Below are positions 1 to 11,416 of a stretch of 64,000 nt of DNA, piece after piece. The stretch is taken from positions 64,232,001 to 64,296,000 of the forward strand of contig OZ024746.1 in the NCBI GenBank assembly GCA_964016885.1, given 5' to 3'. The notes under the pieces are model-generated. The model made no database searches. It worked only from the letters and a program-made list of their open reading frames with translations, and was not told the origin of the DNA. The DNA is from Eledone cirrhosa (taxonomy: Eukaryota). The first letter of the stretch is position 1; each line of letters begins with the position of its first letter. The position numbers were made by a program, and so were the translations under genes.

Positions 1-145
1 TACTTTTTCTCCCAGTTAATGTTTTAAAAATCACTTTCGAAGTCATTGAGCAAATTATCAAACTATTGGTCACACTTTGATAGGTTTGTGGGTGAACCTG
101 TAGCAGTGGAGATTTCCAGTGTTCTTGGCTTTCTGGACCACATCC

Positions 146-374
146 TTACTCACTACTATTGAGGTGGTGTTGGCTACCTGCAGGAACGAGCTCCATGAGT
201 TTGGAACAGGTTTTCCAATGCATCTTCTTCCAATAAGTCTCCCTCACCAACCTCTGGAGCATTCTGTTCGCTGCAACCACAAGGCAGCCGGCACATGAGC
301 TGCCACACACAAGAGAATGGTCCCTTACTCTGCCCAGGTCCATATCATTGGAGCAGCGATGTTGAGTCTGCCAG
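146..374 (-). CDS. Candidate terminal coding exon of an unidentified host gene (..WQTQHRCSNDMDLGRVRDHSLVCGSSCAGCLVVAANRMLQRLVRETYWKKMHWKTCSKLMELVPAGSQHHLNSSE*)
   Basis: Non-repetitive island much richer in GC than its flanks. Minus-strand acceptor tctctgttagttttacAG at 376-375, then an open frame to TAA at 148-146. Protein not recognised. Confidence 0.45.
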
Positions 375-908
375 CTGTAAAACTAACAGAGATATATAAC
401 ATCTAAACACTTTATATAACTATAGTTAATCCCTTTGGAAGACATCTTTAAAGAATTTGAGTGATGTTACATCCCATGTTCTTACCTCACTTACAATATT
501 GATCTTTTTGATTTTAATGTAAAGTTTTATGGATAATATATTCTGACTAGATTTCCAGAATAATTTCTATATAAGTTTAATATATTCCTTGATCAATAAA
601 AACTTCAAGTACACAGCTTGGATTTCAATGTTATAGAAGGTTTTCTTATAATTTTTGAAGCCTAATCCCAACAGTTGTCTATATTCTCAATGTTTCTGAA
701 TGGTATGATTGATGATCTGTAAAAGGGGTAGTTGATGAAAAACTGCTGCTTGTTCTATTGGTTGGTTGATGCAATTTGTAAGCACTTGTAAACACTTCAG
801 GGAATAGTTAGTTAGAAGTTAGACAAGAACCTGATGTATCTGAAGTTTTAAGATCTGTAATATCACCTATTTCCTTTTATAAAACTATGATGATACCATT
901 ATTCTAAC

Positions 909-1089
909 GGTGGATTGGCAGTATCGGTAGAGGGTCGGACGCCATGCTTTCCAGCATAGTTACGTCCCTTTACGATCTGAGTTCAAATCCCGCCGAGGTT
1001 GACTTTGCCTTTCATCCTTACGGGGTCGATAAAATAAAGTACTAGTAATGCACTGGGTAATTGCTGGCCTTGTGCCTAAAGTAGAAACA
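909..1089 (+). mobile_element. tRNA-derived SINE with Meta-type core (MetaSINE-like)
   Basis: A-box-like tggcagtatcgg, B-box gttcaaatccc, core gcctttcatccttacggggtcgataaaataaagtac. 11-bp TSD attattctaac (898-908 / 1090-1100). Confidence 0.85.
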
Positions 1090-1194
1090 ATTATTCTAAC
1101 TGCTGAAGATTTCATATGATTTCATGAATTTTGTAAAGATATCAATTAGTTACCTATAACTGCAATGAATGCTTTTTTTCACCACTTTACAGAG

Positions 1195-1611
1195 TGTGCT
1201 GGGTGTATTTTATTGTCGTACTGACACTACCAATTCAAGAAATGTACGGGGTGTATCTTATTGTGGTACCAACACTACCAATTCAAGAAATGTACTGGGT
1301 GTATTTTATTATGGTACCAACACTACCAATTTAAAAAATGTACTGCGTGTATTTTATTGTGGTACCAACACTACCAATTCAAGAAATGTATTGGGTGTAT
1401 TTTATTATGGTACCAACACTACCAATTTAAAAAATGTACTGGGTGTATTCTATTGTGGTACCAACACTACCAATTCAAGAAATGTACTGGGTGTATTTTA
1501 TTATGGTACCAACACTACCAATTTAAAAAATGTACTGGGTGTATTTTATTATGGTACCAACACTACCAATTTAAAAAATGTACTGGGTGTATTTTATTGT
1601 GGTACTAGTGC
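1195..1611 (+). repeat. 48-bp minisatellite, ~8.5 copies
   Basis: Unit tgtactgggtgtattttattRtggtaccaacactaccaattYaaRaaa. Explains ORFs 1169..1624 and 1261..1608. Confidence 0.95.
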
Positions 1612-2204
1612 TACAACTTTATAGTGTGATACCGACACTCAACAGAGCCACGGTGTCCACTCTACTATGTTGTCTCAGTCTGTTTTCCCACCACATTATA
1701 GGTGGGAGTACTGAGTGTGTTTCATAGTAACATTATATGTAGTTTCAGGTCACATTTTCATTCACTTTCATTGTGCAGATCTTTTGTATTAAAGTTTGTG
1801 TTACCAGTCAACTCAGTCCTGTGTCATCAGCTTCATAAGATTCAGGTGAGGTCATTCTTCACAAATTTGTTCCGTGTCTTCCTTAGTCTCCATCTCCCAC
1901 AGGTTCTTTTTCTTCAACTCTTGCTCTACTTACACATAACATATGATTATACCAGCAGTCACCTCCCTTGCACATTACATTTAATTCCTCTTATATGCAA
2001 TTTCCCTTTCAGTTATGCTATATCATTCATGTACACTCACATTACACATTTATCTAAGCATGCATGTCTTATTTCTTTTTAGCCACCACAGATTTTCAAT
2101 GCTCAAGACCCATACCTTGCTATCATGCAATATAACAGTTTGAAAACAATCATTATATAATATGCTCTTTTCTATAAGAGAGAAGCCCTTTATTGTTAGC
2201 AAAT

Positions 2205-2310
<106 letters not shown>

Positions 2311-2429
2311 CTAGGGAGGGAGATAAACACACACACACACACATACATACCAAAATTCGAAGAAGGCTCAATAAAGGATTGTATACATATAGGTATATAT
2401 AAACCCCTATAGCAAATATTTATTAATAC

Positions 2430-2559
2430 AGATTAAATTTTAAGCAAACAATTTCTGCTTTCACCCTATATGGGTTCATCTGAAACTGACAAAATATTTT
2501 TCTCAATTTCAAACCAGTATAGGGTGAAAGCAAAAACTTTTTCTCTTAAACTTTAATCA
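2430..2559. mobile_element. Small MITE-like foldback
   Basis: Imperfect ~40-bp inverted repeats gattaaattttaag..gctttcaccctata / tatagggtgaaagc..cttaaactttaatc. Confidence 0.5.
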
Positions 2560-2705
2560 CTACTAATTATATATATGTATATATATATCATTATCATCAT
2601 CATCACCGTTTTACATCCATTCTTTCATGCTAGCATGAGTTAGACGGATTGTCCTGTTGTTGGCAGTGCCCAGTCAGGTGACCTTGTCTTGCTCATACAG
2701 GCACT

Positions 2706-2745
<40 letters not shown>

Positions 2746-2974
2746 TATACACACACAATGTAAATATCAATAGAGAGATTTATTGACTTGTTGTCCAATA
2801 ACCTCTTGATGCAATTAAGACGCTAAAATAACTTCAAGCTGAGAGCACTTAAAATAGATATTGCAAAAGATACAACTTTAATATCTTGCTTAAAAAACAT
2901 ATAAAAATATTCTCAATTAGAACAATGAAATATTATATATATATATCTAAAAGTCTAAAGTTTGTCTTAAGTCA

Positions 2975-3232
2975 GAAGGCTCATTTGGCCAGTCCTTTAT
3001 CCCGGATTCATGGCATGAAGCAACTGAGAGTACAAGACTCCCCCCTCAACAGGACACCAGTCCATCGCAGATTTAAACCCCCAGCTATTACTGGTACTCA
3101 TTTTCAGCTGAGTATACTGGAGCAACGTGAAATGAAGTGTTTTGTTCAAGAAAACAACACACAACTCAGGAATCGAACCCATGACATTATGATCGTAAAT
3201 CCAACACCCTTACCACTAAGTCACGTGCCTCC
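2975..3232 (-). mobile_element. tRNA-derived SINE with V-domain-like core
   Basis: Minus strand: ggaggcacgtgacttagtggt..gggttcgattcc tRNA head, then gcgatggactggtgtcctgttgaggg..gcttcatgcc V-SINE-like segment. Confidence 0.6.
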
Positions 3233-3379
3233 ATAGATATGTATATATATATATATACATATATACATATATACTTGTGTATATATATATATATTTTTAT
3301 TTTATTTTTATTTTTATTTTCATTTTTGAAAAAAAAAAAAAAATATATATATATATAGACACATGTCATTCATTTCATC

Positions 3380-3715
3380 ATCATCATTTCATTTTACGTC
3401 CGCTTTTCCCTGCTTGCAAGGGTGGGACGGGAACTGATTCTGGCTTGATTTCTACAGCTGGATGCCCTTCCTAACACCAACCTCATTTACAGTGAGTGCT
3501 GGGTGCTTTTTTGCCGTGGCACCTCCACTACCACTTTGCAGTGGAATGATATGGACCCCAGTCCCTATCATCTCGTTTCTACAGCTGAGTAAACTGGAGC
3601 AATGTGAAATAAAGTGTCTTGCTCAAGGAAACAACACATCACCCGGTCTGAGAATTGAACTCACAACCTTTCGATTGCAAGGCCAATGCTCTAACCACTA
3701 AGCCATGTGCCTCCA
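3380..3715 (-). mobile_element. Composite SINE: tRNA head + core + RTE-LINE 3' tail
   Basis: Near-identical to 58241-58593 in opposite orientation. Ends in ggacgtaaaatga..(gat)n like the RTE 3' end. Confidence 0.8.
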
Positions 3716-3750
<35 letters not shown>

Positions 3751-4493
3751 TATATATATGAGAGAGAGAGAGATACACTCCCACACATATCTATATACTA
3801 CATCGTTTAAAGTTACTTTGAAATTGGTCAATCTTTAGTTCATAAATATCATTGTAGTATTTAGAATTTCCAACAGAGGACAGTATAAGTTGTTCACTTT
3901 CTTACATCCTTCACACAACATTGATATATAAAATCAGTGTTCTGATTTATCTGATTCATAAAAATCATTGTTATTACCATTTTTGAGAAGTTGTGGGTAA
4001 GATAAGTGTTCTGTGAATACAGACTCTCAGAAGGTTTACGATACAATTGTAAGAAAGGCTTTGATGTCACACATTTCTTTACACTTTCTCGCCTAGAACC
4101 TTCTGTGTATATTAGAAATCAATAGTATGCTTCGTTACTTTGGTAAAGATTTTGAATTGAACTCTAGTGGTTGTGTTTTTATATCTTCTATTGGTCGGTA
4201 TTCACCTTTTGTTTAGCTTTGACATTAAATTGTAACATAGCATTCCAGGTAGAACTTTCTACTGTATACAACATAAAAGACCATATGTCGATTCTATTGA
4301 GATATATCAATATAGTTACTGGCAACATATTGACTATAGTGAGTATCAAAAATCTAATTAGAAATGCTTATGGTTTCAGGTTATGTCCCCTCCCATGTAA
4401 CACCTCAGGCAAGTGTCTACTACAGCCTTGAAGTGACCAATGCCTTGCAAGTGAATTTAGTAAATGGAAACTATACAAATCTCATTCTCTCTA

Positions 4494-4556
<63 letters not shown>

Positions 4557-4654
4557 CGAAGGAAGTGTGGTAAGGAACCAGATGGACCATAACGCACCAG
4601 AGTACTCAATACTTAGGGTAGTAGAGTGGGTAATAGGAAAATGTTTAACATTTC

Positions 4655-4696
<42 letters not shown>

Positions 4697-4700
<4 letters not shown>

Positions 4701-5057
4701 GATATTAACAAATGGAAACTATATTTATAAAACCATATTTATTTCATTATACATATTTCAAGGACACCAAGTTAAATTATGGTGTGCTTTCATCAGATAA
4801 AATATAATATAGAGCAGTTTTATAAATAAATATTGACATACCCTTAAAGAATGCAACCATTACTGTTGGAAGCTCCGGGAGCTTCCAACAGTAATGGTTG
4901 CATTCTTTAAGGGTATGTCAATATTTATTTATAAAACTGCTCTATATTATATTTTATCTGATGAAAGCACACCATAATTTAACTTGGTGTCCTTGAAATA
5001 TGTATAATGAAATAAATATGGTTTTATAAATATAGTTTCCATTTGTTAATATCGTAT
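4697..5057. repeat. Perfect palindrome, 180-bp arms, 1-nt spacer (centre 4877)
   Basis: ..ggaagctcc G ggagcttcc.. at the centre. Arms 4697-4876 and 4878-5057 are reverse complements. Confidence 0.95.
4950..5014 (+). ncRNA. Minimal type-I hammerhead ribozyme (Penelope-type); mirror copy on - strand at 4740-4804
   Basis: tattttat-CTGATGA-aag.cacacca(loop)tggtgtc.ctt-GAAA-tatgta-TA-atgaaata. Stem I is 8 bp, core intact, stem III quasi-palindromic. Predicted cleavage after 5006. Confidence 0.75.
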
Positions 5058-5141
5058 TTTTACTCCAATTATTTGTTGAGTGCTTTATATCAGTTATAAA
5101 AATATTTGCTTGTTGTATCCCAACAATTTAAATAGAACTTT

Positions 5142-5173
<32 letters not shown>

Positions 5174-5252
5174 AATAGTAAAAAAGGAAAAACAGTAGAA
5201 AATGCTAATGGAATTTTCTCATAGCAAAATATTTATTTACAAAAAAGGAATT

Positions 5253-5298
5253 TATCGTACCGGTTTAAGCCAAAGGTTGTTGGGCTTCTTCATGCTAT
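5253..5298 (-). ncRNA. Degenerate hammerhead motif in PLE-end fragment
   Basis: Minus strand: ATGAAGA-agcc(loop)ggct-TAAA-ccgg-TA. Two core substitutions, stem III ACCGGT palindrome. Confidence 0.45.
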
Positions 5299-5611
5299 GG
5301 AAGTGTATAATAAAATTTATAATGGAGTTAAGTTGTATATTAATAAGAATATGGCATAAAAGAACATGGTTTACATACATATATATATAGAAGAGTTCAC
5401 ATTTTTGTTTATCACTTTCTCTCTTCTTTCTCTCCTTCTTGGTGGTGTTGACTATAACTGCAGCAGTGGTAGTGAAAGTAGCAGTGTTAGGAGAACCAGC
5501 ATATATCCAACCCTTGCTAGCAGAGAGAGTGGATGTTAAAACAACAATGATGTATATAAAATATACATACATAGATATATAGATATGTAATATAGATACA
5601 TCTATATATAT

Positions 5612-6149
5612 GAGGCGGTTGCGTTGGTATGGACATGTAATGCATATGAAGGATGGCAGCTGCATATAAAGGTGCAGAACACTAGAAGTTGATGGGAACT
5701 GCAGATTGGGGAGACTCAAGAAGACCTGGGATGAGGTGATAAAAGCCGACGTTACCCAATTACACCTCTCAAAGGAGATGACACACGACCATGACCTCGC
5801 AGTAATACAGAAGACCCGAGCCCCCTTGGGTACAAGACGAAGCTGAAGTATATAGATAATATGCCCCCCCACACCCTCCCACGGCAAAGTGGTCGTGGAG
5901 GTGCCATGGCAAAAAAGCACCCAGCCCACACTGTAAAGTGGAGGTGTAGGCGCCACAGAACAAAAGCACACAGCACTCACTGTAAATGAGGTTGGAGTTA
6001 GGAAGGGCATGCAGCTGTAGAAATCAAGCCAGAATCAGTTCCCGTATGAGCAAGGCATGGTCAGCCGACCAAACACTGCCCACCACAGGACAACCCGTCT
6101 AACCCATGCTAGCGTGGAAGAATGGATGTAAAATGGTGATGATGATGAT
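5612..6149 (+). mobile_element. RTE LINE 3' fragment (ORF end + 3' UTR)
   Basis: RRLRWYGHVMHMKDGSCI..KKTWDEVIKAD, followed by the aacccatgctagcgtggaa..(gat)n tail. Confidence 0.85.
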
Positions 6150-6378
6150 ATTATATATATATATATATATATGTAAAAGGAAAAGAAAATGCTGACAAAT
6201 TGTTCCCAGTGAAAAATAGTTTAATTAGGAATAAGTAAAAATTAGTAATAGTATTGGTTAGTATTCAGTTTTGGTTTTAAGTTTTACCGGTTGCGCATTT
6301 CTAATGCTTTTCAAAAATAATTTTGTGATAGAGCGCCTGTGATGTTTGCTCTAATCTGATTAGTTTTGGAAATTCTAC

Positions 6379-6430
<52 letters not shown>

Positions 6431-6936
6431 GAGCACCATTGCTGCCATGAAGGTAATACACTAAGTACATGACATCCCAGATCACTGATCACTCTGTGTG
6501 ATTGGCAAGAAAAACAATAAACTTTTAAGATTTTTTGCTTAGAATTTTTTGCTTTTTTTGCTTTGACTGCATACCCATATATGAACTGTACCCTTTGATT
6601 AGTTCAGCTAGATTCCTGCCATTCTAATACTGGTGGCTCAGTTTCGATCTAGCTGTCGAAACAGCCGCAGCTCAGCTGTCGGGGTCCTTAATCCTTTCAT
6701 ATATATATATGCCCTATACGAGTGAGACATGGTCACCTGACCAATCTTGCCTCAAGTAGGACAATTCCTGTCTAAACCCATGCTAGCATGGAAGATAGAC
6801 GTTAAACAATAATGATGATGATGATGCCTTATCAAACTAATTATAATCATTTTATTTCATTGATGGCAACGTTTACCTCAGTCAACTAAGTAGCATCTTT
6901 ACTGTGTATTCTTCCACTTTAATATCATTATTATCA

Positions 6937-7790
6937 TTGGATTGGCAGTATCGGTAGAGCCTCAGAACACCATGCTTTGCAGCATGGAGTTAATGCCCTT
7001 TACGTTCTGAATTCAAATCGTGCCGAGGTCAGCTTTGCCTTTCATCATTACAGGGTCGCTAAAATAAAGCACCAGTAAGTTCTGGGGGTGGGGGTGGGGG
7101 TGGGGGTGCGATTTAAATGACTTTCTCCTCCCCTTCAAATTGCTGGCCTTGTGCCTAAAGTAGAAACAATTATTATTGGAGGGTGGTGGGTTGGCAGTAT
7201 CGGTAGAGTGTCAGACGCCATGCTTTGCAGCTTAGTTACGGTCCTTTGCGTTCTGAGTTCAAATCCTGCCGAGGTTAACTTTGCCTTTTATCCTTACGGG
7301 GTCAATAAAATAAAGTACCAGTAATGCACTGGGTAATTGCTGGCCTTGTGCCAAAAGTAGAAACAATGATTATTGGATTAGCAGTGTCGGACATTATGCT
7401 ATGCACCATATAGTTATGGCACTTTACATTCTAAGTTTAAATACTGCTGAGGTTAGCTTTGCCTTTCATCCTTACAGGGTCAATAAAATAAAGTACCAGT
7501 AATGCACTGGGGCTGATTTAATCGAAACCCCCCCCCCCCAAGTTGTTGGCCTTGTGCCTAAATCAGAAAACAATATTATTATTATGATCATAAGGGTAGT
7601 GGTTTGGTAGAATTGTTAGAAGTATTTCTTCTCTTCTGGCTCTTTACATTCTGAGTTCAAATTCTGCCAAAGTCAACTTTGCCCATCATCTGGGGTTGAT
7701 TAAATACAGTACCAGTTAAGTACTGGGGTGGGGAGTGGGTGGCGATGTAGTTAACTTTTCCCTTCCTCTAAATTGCTGGCCAAACTATTT
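6937..7790 (+). mobile_element. Tandem stack of ~4 MetaSINE-like copies
   Basis: Repeated head/core/tail units joined at (att)n tails. Confidence 0.85.
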
Positions 7791-8367
7791 ACAACATAAA
7801 CTTCATGAAACCAGCCAGTCACTTGATCACAGAGGTTTAATTCTAAATCCATATTGATTAGTTTAGTTCTTTTCTAACAGGTCCAGTGACTACATAGACG
7901 CTTCCTTCATTAGCTAAAAGTATCGTTGTTTGGTTCAATGTTGATACCATTGCTGTTTAATCTCAGATCAGCCTTGATTGAACAGACTTGTCTAGTTGTT
8001 TCACTCAATGTTGACACTATTGCTGTTTGATCTGAGATCAGCCCTGATTGAACAGTCTATATATATATCCAACATGTCCTTCCTATTTTATGATGATGAG
8101 ATGTGATTTGAGGACGATTAAGCTGCTGTTTCTGATGAGTTATACAGATATATATATACCAAACTTCACTCACATAGTACTGGGCATCTACCCAAAGAAT
8201 ACTGCCTTAAAAGAGTTCTTACAACCTACACTGACATGGAAAACAAGCTTAAAATCAATGATGATGTTGATGATAATATTATATATATATGTGTGTGTAT
8301 GTTCATGCTTGCATGAATGCTGGTGCCTCTCTGTTTCTGTTCAGTGGGTTTATATACCCTATTATTA

Positions 8368-8457
8368 GACTTTTGCCTTTCATCCTTACGGGGTCAATAA
8401 AATAAAGTACCAGTAATGCACTGGTTAATTGCTGGCCTTGTGCCTAAAGTAGAAACA
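8368..8457 (+). mobile_element. 5'-truncated MetaSINE-like copy
   Basis: TSD attattagact at 8361-8371 and 8458-8468. Confidence 0.8.
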
Positions 8458-8566
8458 ATTATTAGACTATTTTATTTAGATCTATGGATGTAGTGAAAAT
8501 GCAGCAAAATCTTTTAATTCAATTTTCAAATCCTGCTACCTATTTTCTATTCATACATTCAATCTA

Positions 8567-8605
<39 letters not shown>

Positions 8606-8786
8606 GTATGTATAATTATATGAATGATGTATGACCAACCCTTGCTAGATAGATAAATATGTAGATGCAGGTGTGTGTGAATAATAAACATCATGGTATT
8701 TTGTTCAGAAAAATGTATTCTTATGAATAAAAATGTGCAATTCAGATCAAATAATTAATGGGTCGATTTCATTTTTCACCATATGA

Positions 8787-8924
8787 ATTACCTTGCTTAG
8801 AATTTCATGGGATTTAATGTTTATACAACTAAGCACTTTATTTTTGGTATCTCCAAATATGTATGCACATCAACACATATAACTCACCGAAATATATATA
8901 TATATATATATAGTTTTAATATAG

Positions 8925-8958
<34 letters not shown>

Positions 8959-9060
8959 CGTTATTCCGGGTTGAATCGGAGGTAACCACAGTAAGTAAGG
9001 TACTCAATACATTGCAGAGTATAAAAGTTTTAATATAGATGAGAATCTCATCTATATTAA

Positions 9061-9104
<44 letters not shown>

Positions 9105-9207
9105 CGGTGAGTTATATGTGTTGATGTGCATACATATTTGGAGATACCAAAAATAAAGTGCTTAGTTGTATAAACATTAAATCCCATGAAATTCTAAGCA
9201 AGGTAAT
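8787..9207. repeat. Inverted duplication (~140-bp arms) around a short insert, with an internal 39-bp perfect palindrome (9026-9064)
   Basis: 8787-8924 is the reverse complement of 9052-9207 apart from (TA)n length. agttttaatatagatgaga-A-tctcatctatattaaaact is centred at 9045. Confidence 0.9.
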
Positions 9208-9221
9208 ATATATATATATCA

Positions 9222-9514
<293 letters not shown>

Positions 9515-10532
9515 TCTATGGGTGTAGTGAAAAGACTATCAATCAATAGTCAAAATGACTGACAATGTAGGAGGAAGTAAGCTACTTTAATGGATAGATG
9601 CACAGAAATTGACCTCTGAATATCAGTCCATTAGATGAATCATCAAAATATGTTAAAAATTTCAAATGTATGATTGTGCTGTGGGAAATTCATCTAAATA
9701 ACCCTTCTTGCTCAGTTAGTGGCCTGTTTATAGATTTTTGCAGAATACTGAAATAACTATATTATATTATATAATGTTATGTTTTATTATGTTATGTTAT
9801 ATAAATATCATATTACAGTATATGTTAGAAAACTGTTTTGCTCTGAGAAATTAGAAGAAAAAATGTTTCATTGTATAAAAGTATGTTTGTGCAGTACCAG
9901 GTAATTTAGTACCAGGAGTAAATAATACAACAAACCAAATCTCTTGTTTGTTGCCTGATTTTCCTTCCTAATCTTCATTCCTGCTAAAAAAGAATTTCCT
10001 TTAGTTTATAAGGTAAACATGATTGTTAAAGTTTTGCATTTATCTTCTAAAACTGGAAGTATTTATGTCTTGTCAAGAAATCTTATAAATTGTTATACAT
10101 ACAAACAAAACCATTGTTTTATAAATTATTACATTTTACAAATTTATATATCCTGTATGTGTGTTGTCTTTCGTTTGTCTGTTTTCTTTTATTGGTTTGC
10201 GTAGGAGGAAGAGGATGTGGCCACCTGCTTCACAGGCTCTTTATGGCTGGTGAGACTGATATTTTTTTATGATATTCTGGGACAGTTGCAAGGCAATGGT
10301 TCAGGAAAAATACATGGGCAGTAGAGGTGTGGGGGTTGGAGAGGTTTTTGAGAGCCAATATTCTCAGGGGGAAGACTTGAGCATAGTAGCTAATATAGAG
10401 CCTGGTGGAGGGTTGGGCACTATATGGCTGATGAGAGGAGAAATGAGTGAGCCAAGAGTGTCTGAGTAGAACTGATATGGAATCAGCCAGCTCTGAGGAG
10501 CAGTGTCAATAGTAGAAACAGTAGAGAAGGCA

Positions 10533-10569
<37 letters not shown>

Positions 10570-10626
10570 AAAAAGTGAAGAATAACATACACACACACAC
10601 ATATATATATATATATATCTATATAT

Positions 10627-10740
10627 AGTAGAATAATCGAGAATCGGAATATCAGCCCACGAAATCATGATAAACAATATCCGATATATGTGGCAGAGGG
10701 CTCAATAATTTGGAAAAATCAGAGCTATAACTATCGTTCT
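10627..10740 (+). mobile_element. Diverged fragment of the same PLE-derived repeat, opposite orientation
   Basis: atcgagaatcg..atgtggca..gctcaat..agagcta aligns by eye to the reverse complement of 55135-55240. Confidence 0.5.
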
Positions 10741-10809
10741 CTCTCTCTCTCTATCTCTCTCTCTATATATATATAGAGAGAGAGAGAGGAGGGGAGACAT
10801 CACATCTGT

Positions 10810-11400
10810 GAATCAGAGGTTGAAGTGTATCTATGAATGGTTTAATGCCAGTCGGTTGAAGAGCCTTTCTCTGAATGTGTTTTCAGATATGTGTGTGTGT
10901 AGCAACAGTAACATTTTAGATGTGGGAGCAGTACTCCATCGTTGGTCTCACCTGAAATTTATTAAGATTTGGCCTCACCTGAAATTTATTAAAGGTTAAA
11001 ACTAAAATAATTTCAGGTTTGGAAGAGGAAAGTCAGTGTTTTAGATGCAGTTTTTATTAAGTTGAAAATGTACATTTGTTTGGAAAGATCCTCAATGAGA
11101 GTGAAGTTTAGTATTTGAAGGGACGGTGAGAATTCTAGTTGCCTGCTAATCACATTTAAAAAGTGGTGAGTGATCTATGATGTGGTCGTTTTTTACATGT
11201 GCAGGGTTTACCTATAGTCATGAATCTTGAGTAATGATCGAAAGAATTTGATTGCAAATACAATCAGCCAAAATTGGGTTCTTCTGAAGGGTCTTTGGAG
11301 TAACGTTATGGGATAAAAACTTGCAAAATAACCTATCCTGCCAACACTAAGTGATTGATAAATTATCTTATGGTGGCGATAAAATACAGTTCAGCCAAAA
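10810..11400 (-). mobile_element. Old CR1/Jockey-like LINE fragment
   Basis: Minus strand encodes QVRPTMEYCSHI (10919-10954), a motif typical of the region C-terminal to RT. The rest is decayed. Confidence 0.5.
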
Positions 11401-11416
11401 TAAGTCATACTATATA

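Noticed and set aside
175-374. Alternative minus frame with in-frame TGA (LADSTSLLQ*YGPG..) as possible selenocysteine
   Set aside because: Another frame is fully open, and no SECIS or selenoprotein motif was recognised.
1169-1624. 151-aa repetitive ORF
   Set aside because: Stop-free 48-bp minisatellite, open in more than one frame, with no splice or homology support.
3800-4340. Possible further PLE GIY-YIG remnant (IYQCCV..RLTNFK on -)
   Set aside because: Similarity too weak to support by eye.
5252-6010. 252-aa minus-strand ORF
   Set aside because: Antisense read-through of an RTE fragment and simple repeats.
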